In this document: positions 48,634 to 56,819 of the stretch, piece by piece
Numbering within the stretch: the first letter of the stretch is position 1
Layout of the letters: each line of letters starts with the position of its first letter
From: a virus
Virus record (IMG/VR): IMGVR_UViG_3300032087_006189
Reading direction: 5' to 3' (one strand)
DNA length: 64,000 nucleotides
Made by a program: the position numbers and the translations under genes
Notes under the pieces: generated by a model
Seen by the model: only the letters and a program-made list of their open reading frames with translations
What the model was told of the DNA's origin: nothing
The model's database searches: none

Positions 48634-48917
48634 TTGGTCGCCTTTGCGAGAGAAATTGCCATGTCCAGTTTTGCGAGGACATCTGGCTCTACTGGTAGGT
48701 GCGCGAGGGCTGTCCGAGCAGAGAGGGCCTTAGCCACCAGCTTGTGCTTTTTTGCGGGGTCTTGTTCCTGTTGAGCCATGAGGCTGAAAGAGACATATCT
48801 CTTCGACCACCGACGCGCCGCTTTTGCCTCGTAGACCTCTGGATCACGCTCGACAAGCGGAGCCAGGATTTGCGCGGCAGCAGTAACAATGGTCTTGATT
48901 GCCCCAATCATAGTCAT
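48630..48917 (-). CDS. Hypothetical protein
   Basis: 95 aa; extended -10 TGATAGGAT upstream. Confidence 0.5.
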   Translation of the reverse strand: MTMIGAIKTIVTAAAQILAPLVERDPEVYEAKAARRWSKRYVSFSLMAQQEQDPAKKHKLVAKALSARTALAHLPVEPDVLAKLDMAISLAKATN

Positions 48918-48948
48918 CCCGGTAATACCTCGATCCTATCACGCGGCT

Positions 48949-48974
48949 CAATCAAGGGCACTTTTCCGTCATAA
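48949..48974 (+). promoter_or_regulatory. Conserved phage promoter
   Basis: caat-N14-cgtcataa. Confidence 0.65.
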
Positions 48975-48998
48975 TATTTGTAGAGAAAGGAGTCTCTG

Positions 48999-49196
48999 AT
49001 GCTGAAGAACTTTGTTGTGGTTTTCCTGATTTCCTTCATCTCCACCCTCGGCGCCATCGGCGCCGTGGTGCAGATCAACGAGCGAATGGCGGCCGATGCC
49101 GCCGTCGACTGCCGCCGTATGGCGGCACAGGCCGCCCAGTGGGAGGACCAGCAGGTCCCCCGCTGGTGCGAGAAGGTTCCGGGGTTCCGCGAGTAG
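48999..49196 (+). CDS. Small membrane protein
   Basis: AAGGAG SD; N-terminal transmembrane segment; Cys pair. Confidence 0.6.
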   Translation: MLKNFVVVFLISFISTLGAIGAVVQINERMAADAAVDCRRMAAQAAQWEDQQVPRWCEKVPGFRE

Positions 49197-49217
49197 CGGG
49201 CCCCGGAGCCTTCGGGC

Positions 49218-49421
49218 TCACTCCTCTTTAGCCATTGCTTTTAGATCTTCGATCGGAAGCTCGAGAGTACTGAATCTGTTTTCGCATTTCAGACACAGCC
49301 TCCTGCGGTAAACTAGATCTGGCCAGTCCTCCTTGAGACGCTGCACCCATGCGGTGCTAAAAGATCCATTCTTCCTGGTTTCCAAAACCTTGGTCCTGGC
49401 CAGACACTTTGGACATTCCAC
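49218..49421 (-). CDS. NrdR-like N-terminal zinc-ribbon protein
   Basis: GTG start with GAGGT SD; ECPKC...TKVLETR...RRRLCLKCENRFSTLE. Confidence 0.7.
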   Translation of the reverse strand: MECPKCLARTKVLETRKNGSFSTAWVQRLKEDWPDLVYRRRLCLKCENRFSTLELPIEDLKAMAKEE

Positions 49422-49440
49422 GCACACCTCGGAGGCACAT

Positions 49441-49968
49441 ATGCACCGCTTTGCTCTCGATCCGTACCACACCGAGATTGAGTTCAAGATCAAGCATCTC
49501 ATGATCTCGACTGTCCGCGGTCGGTTCAACACATTCAATGGCTCTATGGAGAGCACCTCCCTAACCAACTTCGCAGGATCAAAGATCGAGTTTTCTTGCG
49601 AAGTTGCGAGTATCGACACCGGAGTCAAAGATCGAGACGACCACCTGCGGTCTGCCGACTTCTTCGATGTGGAGAAGCATCCCAACATGACCTTCCGATC
49701 GACCGCGATTGTTCAAGTCGGAGATGGCTACGATGTGTCCGGGTTGCTTACAATCTGCGGAGTGTCACGGCCCGTCTGCCTTGAAGCAGAGTTCAATGGC
49801 TGCGATCAAGATGCCGAAGGCAACATGAAGTACGGCTTCGACATGGACGGAGAGATCGACCGAAAGGACTTCGGCCTTTCCTTCCAGGCTTTTGGCGGCG
49901 CAGGCCAGATGATGGTCGGCGAGAAGGTCAAGATCCAAATCTCAGCCCAGATGATGCTGATCAAATGA
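49441..49968 (+). CDS. yceI: YceI-family lipid/polyisoprenoid-binding protein
   Basis: LDPYHTEIEFKIKHLMISTVRGRF...SIDTG..DRDDHLRSADFFDVEKHP..IDRKDFGL. Confidence 0.9.
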   Translation: MHRFALDPYHTEIEFKIKHLMISTVRGRFNTFNGSMESTSLTNFAGSKIEFSCEVASIDTGVKDRDDHLRSADFFDVEKHPNMTFRSTAIVQVGDGYDVSGLLTICGVSRPVCLEAEFNGCDQDAEGNMKYGFDMDGEIDRKDFGLSFQAFGGAGQMMVGEKVKIQISAQMMLIK

Positions 49969-51230
49969 TTCCTCAGTGCTTTTCCCTTCGGTCTCTACTT
50001 TACGAGCCCAGAATGTTTTTGCAGGGACTTCCTCGGACCCTGCAGATTCAGGCATGGACTGCGGGGACCGTGCTGCTTCTCCACATGGCGATGCTGTTTT
50101 GGAAAGCACTGACAGACCCATCTCTAGTTGCCTCGTTCTTGATGGAGGCGATGTTCGTCATCGTCTTGATCCGACTCCTTCGTTTTCGCGCGCTCAAGAT
50201 TCGCGACAAACTGGAGGCGATTGACAAGACAAATCTCATCGTGAGGTTTCGCACAGATCGCACAATTATCTCCGCCAACCCGCTGTTTTGCGATATCTCC
50301 GGCTACGAAGAGTCTGAGCTGAAAGGGTTGGCGCATACATCTCTCGTACCTGAAATCGCAGCAAGCTCCGAAGAATACGAGAGGTTCTGGCAGCACCTCC
50401 TTCTGGGTAGATCACACACGGGTGTATACGAGCGGATCAAAAAAGACGGATCCTCGTTCTGGCTCCAAGCCACCTACACTCCGATCCACGATGCTTCAGG
50501 CACGATCTACGAAATCCTGAAGATCGCAACAGACTTCACGCAGCAAGCAGACGATGCGATGAGGCTGCGGCACAAGAATACCTATCTCGAGCACGCAGCC
50601 AAGATCCTGCGGCACGACATGCACAGCGGCATCAACACATACATGCCGCGCGGGCTTAGGTCTCTCAATCGAAAGCTGACCCCGGAAATCATAAAGGAGC
50701 TGAGAATCGCTGCTCCTCTCCGGCTTCTCGAGGATGGCCTGGCTCATACGCGAAAGGTCTATGAGGGCGTGAAGGAGTTTACGAATCTCGTAAAACCCGG
50801 CGAGACGCTAAACACTGAAGAACTCGATATAGGCGAGGTTCTCAAAGAGTACCTCGAAACAACTGAGTATAAGCGGCAGGTGGCCTTTGATCGCCTGCCC
50901 AAAGCTAGAATCAATCGAGCCCTGTTCTGTACAGCGATAGACAATCTGATTAGAAACGGGCTCAAATACAACGACTCCGACTTCAAGATGGTCGCCCTTA
51001 CTATGATTGATGATTCGCATCTGGCGATCATTGATAATGGTCGAGGGATGAGCCAGGAAGACTTCGAGACATACTCGAAGCCGTATGTACGAAAGTCAGG
51101 GCAAGCCGAAGCCGGAACCGGCCTCGGGCTCAACATCTGCATCGCCATTCTTCACGAGCACGGCTTCCCCGTCACCTGCGAGCGCAGCCCAGAGGGCGTG
51201 GGTACCATCATCAAGGTCAAGATCAAATGA
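49965..51230 (+). CDS. Membrane-bound PAS-domain sensor histidine kinase
   Basis: Two transmembrane segments; PAS/PAC (ANPLFCDISGY...KKDGSSFWLQATYTPI); H-box ILRHD; N-box NLIRNGLKY; DNGRG; GTGLGLNIC. Confidence 0.9.
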   Translation: MIPQCFSLRSLLYEPRMFLQGLPRTLQIQAWTAGTVLLLHMAMLFWKALTDPSLVASFLMEAMFVIVLIRLLRFRALKIRDKLEAIDKTNLIVRFRTDRTIISANPLFCDISGYEESELKGLAHTSLVPEIAASSEEYERFWQHLLLGRSHTGVYERIKKDGSSFWLQATYTPIHDASGTIYEILKIATDFTQQADDAMRLRHKNTYLEHAAKILRHDMHSGINTYMPRGLRSLNRKLTPEIIKELRIAAPLRLLEDGLAHTRKVYEGVKEFTNLVKPGETLNTEELDIGEVLKEYLETTEYKRQVAFDRLPKARINRALFCTAIDNLIRNGLKYNDSDFKMVALTMIDDSHLAIIDNGRGMSQEDFETYSKPYVRKSGQAEAGTGLGLNICIAILHEHGFPVTCERSPEGVGTIIKVKIK

Positions 51231-51658
51231 TTCGCAGCATCCTTCTCGTAGACGACGAAGATCTGTTCCACATGGTGTTTGAGGACGCGTGCAGCTATCT
51301 CGATATCGCACTCGACCTACAAGCTCTCAGCTCCGCCGATGAAGCAGACAAGCTATTTGCTGGATGGCATGTCAACCCCACTGGCAAGCCAGAGTGCGTG
51401 TTCGTCGACCTCAACATCATCGGCTCCTCATTCGATGGAATCGAGTTGATTCGGCGGATCAATCAAGAGCACGGCAATGGCTGCGTCATTGGGATCATCT
51501 CCTCATCTTCGGACCAGCAGGAGATCAATCAAGCCAAGGCTTGTGGCGCGCAGTTCTGGCTGGTGAAGTCGGATGAGATCGAGCCCCGCCTTGAAGCGTT
51601 TCGTAAGGACTACGACGGCTTCAAGTCACGATCAGTGGATTTCAAGGTCTATCAGTGA
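51227..51658 (+). CDS. Stand-alone response regulator (receiver domain only)
   Basis: ILLVDDE...VFVDLN...DGIEL...ISSS...WLVK. Confidence 0.9.
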   Translation: MIRSILLVDDEDLFHMVFEDACSYLDIALDLQALSSADEADKLFAGWHVNPTGKPECVFVDLNIIGSSFDGIELIRRINQEHGNGCVIGIISSSSDQQEINQAKACGAQFWLVKSDEIEPRLEAFRKDYDGFKSRSVDFKVYQ

Positions 51659-52302
51659 TCAAGTTTGACGATCATTCCTGGGCCGCGCTGATTGCTATTG
51701 CTAGCAGCAGAAACGCGTATCTGTCCGGGAATGTCGTCAAGCTGATTGATGACGAAGAAAACCCGCTGTACCGCGAGTATCTCGACACAGCGATCAATCG
51801 AGACAAGGACAAGCAGAAGCAGCGTCTTGATGTGACCAAGAAGGCCCAGAAAGAAAAGAAGAAACTAGAAGAGGCGCAACAACGAAACGACCTGTTGATG
51901 AAGCGTCTTGAAGACTCCCTTGCGAGCACAAACCTCGCCAAAGAAGAGGCAGAGCAAGCGAAGCAGGTTTCAGACAAGCTTCGTGCAGAGGCAGAACGTG
52001 CGAGGGCTGCGGCAGAAAGGGCAAAGGATGAGGTTGAGCGAGACCTTGATGTCCTACAGCGCCGCACGCAGTCTCAGCTCATGCACAACATCGTCAACTC
52101 TGCGATCCAAGTGGTCATCGGAGTGGGCGGAATCACCAGCGCGCTTTACCTTTATGTATTGGTATTTGGGGGACCAGAAACTCAGGTGTCGATGCTTGGG
52201 AACACCTGGTCGAACATGTTCGGAATCCTCCTCACAAACAGCTTTTCGATTATTGGCACCGTTATGGGCGTGAAGTACGCAACCGAGAAACAGGGCGAAT
52301 AA
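51655..52302 (+). CDS. Coiled-coil protein with two C-terminal transmembrane helices
   Basis: Coupled to the response regulator; long heptad region followed by two hydrophobic segments. Confidence 0.7.
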   Translation: MIKFDDHSWAALIAIASSRNAYLSGNVVKLIDDEENPLYREYLDTAINRDKDKQKQRLDVTKKAQKEKKKLEEAQQRNDLLMKRLEDSLASTNLAKEEAEQAKQVSDKLRAEAERARAAAERAKDEVERDLDVLQRRTQSQLMHNIVNSAIQVVIGVGGITSALYLYVLVFGGPETQVSMLGNTWSNMFGILLTNSFSIIGTVMGVKYATEKQGE

Positions 52303-52318
52303 GCGTCATAATATACAT

Positions 52319-52756
52319 ATGGAAAACAATACCATGCAGGTGAAAGACCTGCGGGGGATGCTTTCCGCCCCGATGACGGTCGGGTATCTCGCTTCTGAGG
52401 TACACGAGCTCATCGAAGCTGTGCTGGAGTGCAGCGTCGACCACATCCGTGAGGAGTGGAATGACGTGGCCTTCAGTGTCCTTTGCCTGGTGGCGCAGGC
52501 ATATCCCGCGGCAGATGAGTGGCGAGTTCTTGATGGACTCGGTCGCTCGTCGTGCGAGAAGTTTCTCTCCCGGATCAATGTCTGGGTTGAGATCTGCTCG
52601 CATCACGGGGTCGACTTCGATCGCGAGTCTCTCGCGGGAGGGTCCAACTACCGCAAGCGCACGAAAGTGGCGCGGGTGTTGGGCTTCCACGAAGTTGAGG
52701 ACATCGACTGGGAGTGGATTTCCACCCTGGTCGGCGGCTTCGAAGTCGAGGCGTGA
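52319..52756 (+). CDS. MazG-like nucleotide pyrophosphohydrolase
   Basis: SEVHEL...REEWNDV (ExxE...ExxD); the promoter element cgtcataa at 52304-52311 lies directly upstream. Confidence 0.5.
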   Translation: MENNTMQVKDLRGMLSAPMTVGYLASEVHELIEAVLECSVDHIREEWNDVAFSVLCLVAQAYPAADEWRVLDGLGRSSCEKFLSRINVWVEICSHHGVDFDRESLAGGSNYRKRTKVARVLGFHEVEDIDWEWISTLVGGFEVEA

Positions 52757-52835
52757 GCGTTCACCCAGTAAAGTGCCGCCGTTTTCGGTTGCGGTAGGGG
52801 TAGCAGGTAAAAGCTGCGCTTCCCCTTTTAGTTTG

Positions 52836-52862
52836 TAAAATTCTACATAAAAGAGGGCATAA
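52836..52862 (+). promoter_or_regulatory. Conserved phage promoter
   Basis: taaa-N15-gggcataa. Confidence 0.6.
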
Positions 52863-52887
52863 GTAAGTTGCTCAAGAGGAGGTATCC

Positions 52888-53430
52888 ATGAGCTCTTTCG
52901 CAGTCAATGCGTTTGCCCGCCGCCAGACTCCCGAGTCTGGCTTCTCCCACTTCGGTGGGACGGAATGCGAGCTTCTCGCCATCGTCGAAGAGAACTTCGG
53001 CAACGCCAATCCCGGCTACCGGGATGGTGTTGTGCTGGTCCCGGTCCCGCCGGAGGGGTTCTTCTCCGGGGTCACCACCCTCACCGCCGGCCAGAAGATG
53101 GTCGGCACCTTCGAGTCCCGTAGGGACGGCGAAGCGCCCCGCAAGCAGCTTCGTGCTGCTGAGGGCGCAAAGCTTCCCGCAGCTGCCGTTGACATCGTTC
53201 TGTACCGGAACGACGTCCTCGGCTCCGACGCCACCACGGAGGCCACCTGGGAGGTGATCTCCATCAACGCTCGGCCAACGGCCGAGCCGGAGCCAATCCA
53301 TCCGGAAACGCTGCTCCACAACCACTTCGGAAGCTCTGGGGGCACTGAGACCGGCATGACCGATGCGGAGCTGTGCCACCAGCTCCGCGAGTCTTTCCTG
53401 TACTGGAAGGACAAGGCCATGCTGGCCTGA
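52888..53430 (+). CDS. DUF3228-like protein
   Basis: FARRQ...PGYRDGV...FESRRDGEAP...DIVLY...WEVISI...PIHPETLLHN..GGT. Confidence 0.7.
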   Translation: MSSFAVNAFARRQTPESGFSHFGGTECELLAIVEENFGNANPGYRDGVVLVPVPPEGFFSGVTTLTAGQKMVGTFESRRDGEAPRKQLRAAEGAKLPAAAVDIVLYRNDVLGSDATTEATWEVISINARPTAEPEPIHPETLLHNHFGSSGGTETGMTDAELCHQLRESFLYWKDKAMLA

Positions 53431-53489
53431 TTCTCAAGAGGGGCCGATTCGTCGGTCCCTCTCCCATGTTTTCACCAAAGGAGGCCATC

Positions 53490-53777
53490 ATGGCTGAAAC
53501 TGTCGTCGTCACTCGCCATGCTGCGTATGTGCAGCACCTCATCAACATCGGGCTCATCGAATCCGGCTGCGAAGTCGTCGGACACGCCACAGCCGAGACT
53601 GTGGCAGGGAAACATGTGATCACCAGCGGCTTGCCGCTGCACCTTGCCGCGCTTGCGGCGAAGCTCACGACTGTGGGCCTCTTTCTGCCGCCCGAGCTCC
53701 GCGGCAAGGAACTCACCCTTGAGGAGGTGGCCGCGCACGCGCAGCCGCCCGCGTCCTACGTCGTCACTGCGGCGTAG
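53490..53777 (+). CDS. csx16: Csx16 (VVA1548)-like protein, candidate ring nuclease / anti-CRISPR
   Basis: VVTRH...H...LPLHLAA...LPPELRGKELTLEE; AAGGAGG SD. Confidence 0.7.
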   Translation: MAETVVVTRHAAYVQHLINIGLIESGCEVVGHATAETVAGKHVITSGLPLHLAALAAKLTTVGLFLPPELRGKELTLEEVAAHAQPPASYVVTAA

Positions 53778-53779
53778 TG

Positions 53780-53815
53780 GCCCGCCCTCCGGGGCGGGCA
53801 GGGCCTTCGGGCCCT
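53780..53815 (+). terminator. Tandem GC-rich hairpins
   Basis: gcccgccc/gggcgggc and agggcc-ttcg-ggccct. Confidence 0.6.
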
Positions 53816-53864
53816 TCGTTAGCCCGTACTCCGTGTTACGTGGCAGGGCTTTTGGAGTCCTATC

Positions 53865-54047
53865 ATGTTCCTCATCCTACTCTTCGCCTTCGATCAACCC
53901 AAGCCACCTGAGTGCGTCATTGACCAGTGCGAGGCAGAAATCTGCCTTGTTGATACCCCAGAGGGCATGGTCTCTGTTCCCAAGAAACGCCACTACAAAG
54001 AGGGCACCCCAGTGGAGTGCCCTCTGTACCTGATTGAGCCTACCTGA
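53865..54047 (+). CDS. Small Cys-containing protein
   Basis: GGAG SD; 60 aa. Confidence 0.45.
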   Translation: MFLILLFAFDQPKPPECVIDQCEAEICLVDTPEGMVSVPKKRHYKEGTPVECPLYLIEPT

Positions 54048-54866
54048 CTACCACTCGTCGAGGAGTGTGTAGCTGAAGGTGGCGCGGCCAGTCTTCTCGA
54101 CCTGCATGTGTGCGAGTTCCATCATGCGGGCGAAGCCGACCTGAGTGGCATGGACCTGACAGCCTGCAGACCACTTGTTGACCTGAGTAGACTCACCGCC
54201 GACTCGCTGAGTCGCGGCGTGCAAGTTGATGCCGTACAGACCGCGGACGATGGTAGCGGGGTCCATGTCAAGGTTGTTGTCCCGGTTGGAGTCTCGGTAG
54301 ACGCGAACCTCACCGTTCCGCTGACACAGGGCGGTGTACTTTCCACCGTGCTTGTCGATCTTCCACACATCAAGGTACTGGCCCTCTACAAGAATGGCTG
54401 TCCCGGACGACTTGCTGGGGTTTTCCAGCCAGTAGGTTCCGGGGTCGGTGGTTCCGGGCCAGTACTCTACATTGCAGGTACCGCCTTCATCAAACCACGC
54501 ACAGCCGAGGGTGTCGTCAAATGCGTTTGCTTCACGGCTGGGGCTGCGGATGCCAAAGAGCCAGAGTCGGTAAGGTGTGTCCCACACCTGATGCCCCAGC
54601 TCTTGCGCCTTCTTCATCACGGGAGGAAGACCCTCTGATTGGATGGTGATGCTGGGCTTTGAGGAGGCCATCAGCTCTGCCCAAGTACCCCGACCGATGA
54701 TGCCGTCGGCATCCAGCCCCTTTGCCCGCTGAAAGGCAACAGCTGCAGCCGCAGTTCCTTTCCCGAAGATCCCGTCTACATCGCAGGTGAAGCCGTGCTC
54801 ATTCAGCTTCTGCTGTGCGAGCTTGACTGCGTCACCACGAGATCCAACTTTTACCAACTGCATCAT
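54048..54866 (-). CDS. Endolysin: peptidoglycan-binding domain plus a His/Cys catalytic domain (L,D-transpeptidase-like)
   Basis: GSRGDAVKLAQQKL...VDGIFG..T..A..AFQ..GLDADGIIGRGTW, then GINLH...WSAGCQV. Confidence 0.8.
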   Translation of the reverse strand: MMQLVKVGSRGDAVKLAQQKLNEHGFTCDVDGIFGKGTAAAAVAFQRAKGLDADGIIGRGTWAELMASSKPSITIQSEGLPPVMKKAQELGHQVWDTPYRLWLFGIRSPSREANAFDDTLGCAWFDEGGTCNVEYWPGTTDPGTYWLENPSKSSGTAILVEGQYLDVWKIDKHGGKYTALCQRNGEVRVYRDSNRDNNLDMDPATIVRGLYGINLHAATQRVGGESTQVNKWSAGCQVHATQVGFARMMELAHMQVEKTGRATFSYTLLDEW

Positions 54867-54871
54867 GCCTC

Positions 54872-54897
54872 CAAAAAGTGGGCGTTTGGGGTCATAA
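54872..54897 (+). promoter_or_regulatory. Conserved phage promoter
   Basis: caaa-N14-ggtcataa. Confidence 0.65.
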
Positions 54898-54927
54898 GCA
54901 GTGTAACCATAGACAGGAGGTATATCT

Positions 54928-55371
54928 ATGGAAGAAACTCACGACTACAAGCTGGATCGCTCCAAGTGGCCTGCGGGACCGTGGGACGAAGAGCCTGCTG
55001 ACAAGGTCAACTGGATCGACCCGGAAACGGGACTCGATTGTATGATGCTCCGAAATGGCCTCGGCGCGTGGTGCGGGTACGTCGGGCTCCCGCCTGGACA
55101 TCGTCACCACGGCACCGAGTACGGCGAGCTGTACTCGTTCTACAATGATGTGCACGGAGGACTGACCTACAGCGACTCTTGCTCTGGACACATTTGCCAT
55201 GTCCCAGAAGAAGGTCGTCCAGACAATGTCTGGTGGGTGGGATTCGACTGCAGCCATCTGGGCGACCGGGCCCCAAATGACTACGGATGGCGCAATGGGA
55301 CGTACTGCACCCAGGAGTACGTGAAGAAGGAAGTCGAGATGCTCGCCAAGCTGGTCTCGGCTTTCCGGTGA
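54928..55371 (+). CDS. Conserved-looking phage protein (WCGYV...VHGGLTY...GFDCSH)
   Basis: AGGAGG SD; the motif pattern is common in phage early genes. Confidence 0.7.
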   Translation: MEETHDYKLDRSKWPAGPWDEEPADKVNWIDPETGLDCMMLRNGLGAWCGYVGLPPGHRHHGTEYGELYSFYNDVHGGLTYSDSCSGHICHVPEEGRPDNVWWVGFDCSHLGDRAPNDYGWRNGTYCTQEYVKKEVEMLAKLVSAFR

Positions 55372-55571
55372 ACAACTACGAGGCCGCGATGATCGCCGAG
55401 GGGGTCATGGAACCCCCCGGCGACACGCCAGAAAAGAGAGAGGCCGCGTACATCGCTGCGTGGCAAAAGCTCATCGACACAGGCCTTGCATGGGAACTGC
55501 AGGGCTGGTTCGGTCGTCGCGCTAAGCAGATGATTGAGGAGGGACTATGCAAGTCCGCACCTCGCACGTAG
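55368..55571 (+). CDS. Small phage protein (AWQKLIDTGLAWELQGWFGR motif)
   Basis: GTGA overlap with the upstream stop. Confidence 0.65.
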   Translation: MNNYEAAMIAEGVMEPPGDTPEKREAAYIAAWQKLIDTGLAWELQGWFGRRAKQMIEEGLCKSAPRT

Positions 55572-55831
55572 TCGCCGTCCTATCACTCACCGCTCTCCCG
55601 GTGCTGTTTCTTATGAGCCGGGTGGAGGACTCTCTCCGAGAGATGCAGGCGAGTGTGGACACGAAGGTCACGCTGGCGCAGGGCAAGGCTTCATACCTGC
55701 CCGGCGCCGCGTGCGTCATTGCAGCTTCGCCAGAACAGACCCCGGCGGACATCGTCAACTTCGCGCGGGCATGCGCGAAGTCACACGAGCTTTGGCTCGA
55801 GGAGAATGCAGATGGACGAGAAGATCGTTGA
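55547..55831 (+). CDS. Small membrane/secreted protein
   Basis: GAGGAGG SD; N-terminal hydrophobic segment. Confidence 0.55.
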   Translation: MQVRTSHVVAVLSLTALPVLFLMSRVEDSLREMQASVDTKVTLAQGKASYLPGAACVIAASPEQTPADIVNFARACAKSHELWLEENADGREDR

Positions 55832-55952
55832 CCGCTGCTGGTCCTGCGGCGGAAACATGGTGGAACGAGAATCTCCGACCATCATCGTGGTCGCCTGTGA
55901 CCGCAAGGGCTGTCCTGCGGTCTACACGAAGAAGAAGAAGCGTAAATCGTAA
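55812..55952 (+). CDS. Small zinc-ribbon protein
   Basis: CWSC...CDRKGC with a basic tail. Confidence 0.5.
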   Translation: MDEKIVDRCWSCGGNMVERESPTIIVVACDRKGCPAVYTKKKKRKS

Positions 55953-55976
55953 AATACACGCGTTTTGCGTCATAAT
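55950..55976 (+). promoter_or_regulatory. Conserved phage promoter driving the ncRNA
   Basis: taaa-N14-cgtcataat, with no SD/ATG downstream. Confidence 0.7.
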
Positions 55977-55982
55977 AGATGT

Positions 55983-56763
55983 AGAGAGAAGGTGTAAGCC
56001 TTCGTGACGCGGAGCCATCAGTTTGGCGCAAGCTCCGTGTGCCGCGCCCCGCTCCCAGCCTCCAGGTGTACCCGGGCTGGGGATCAAGCGGAAAGCTGCT
56101 ACGGCAGTGAGATTGTGTACACCCGGCTGACCCGGCCGTAAGGTAGTGGATCGGATCTACCAGGGCATCTTTTCGGCTGCTCAGCAGCTGCCCCTTCGGG
56201 GGAACGGCCTGTGCTTCGGGCAGCTGCCCCCTTCGGGGGGAACGGGCAACCTCTTGAGCAAGAGGCAAAACTGCTCCCGTCGCGCAAGCTCCGGTCACCC
56301 TTGAGGTGTGAATACGCAAGCGAGGAACAAAGACCGCCCTCGTAAAAACCAGTCTTCGTCCCCTATCCAGTGCGGGGATCGGCCTTCGGGCAAGAACGGG
56401 AGATCGGGCCTAACAAGCCCCCTTCTGGATCCATCTGGGATGAGCGCACAGAGCACCCGAAATAAAGCATGGAGGCGGTAGCGCTCGCTGCAATTCTGCA
56501 GCACCCGGGGCCCTTCGGGGCCCTGGGCCCTCATCTATAAATCCCTCAAACGCTGCGACCAAATGAGGGTGAAAAGGTCGCTCGCTCGTGGTGCAATAAA
56601 CTCTGCTCCCGCCACGAGCTTTCAGCCAATTGGCGAAATGGGGAGCCATACAAAGCCGTCGATCCCGTACGCATTCACGGGGGAGGCTTTTACCACCCGG
56701 GCAGGAATGCGTGCCCATTTACAACCTGAAGGGGGGAGAGCTACCACTCTCCCCCCTTCTTTT
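55983..56763 (+). ncRNA. Large structured non-coding RNA (~780 nt), pseudoknot-rich, family unknown
   Basis: Own promoter and terminator, no credible ORF, dense stems with UUCG/UACG/GNRA loops and several pseudoknots (see findings). Confidence 0.75.
56728..56763 (+). terminator. Intrinsic terminator closing the ncRNA
   Basis: 13-bp stem gaaggggggagag/ctctccccccttc followed by TTTT. Confidence 0.85.
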
Positions 56764-56788
56764 AAATAATGCTTCTTTTAGGCTATAA
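56763..56788 (+). promoter_or_regulatory. Conserved phage promoter (variant)
   Basis: taaa-N14-ggctataa. Confidence 0.55.
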
Positions 56789-56819
56789 GATACTGCAACC
56801 CAACAATAGGAGTACTGAT

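Noticed and set aside
49333-49688. Long overlapping versions of yceI (211 aa) and the NrdR-like ORF (156 aa)
   Set aside because: Family motifs and SDs place the starts at 49441 and 49421, which removes the overlap.
56184-56245. Possible CRISPR mini-array
   Set aside because: Only two repeats with a 12-nt spacer, and no cas operon; better explained as an RNA structural duplication.
55983-56763. tmRNA, RNase P RNA or group I/II intron as the identity of the structured RNA
   Set aside because: I found no tRNA-like T-arm/acceptor ends, no GAGGAAAGUCC RNase P core, no group II domain V and no interrupted host gene.
55755-56774. Short ORFs called across the ncRNA on both strands
   Set aside because: They lack SDs, overlap each other in conflicting frames and have a low-complexity Pro/Arg/Gly composition typical of GC-rich structured RNA.
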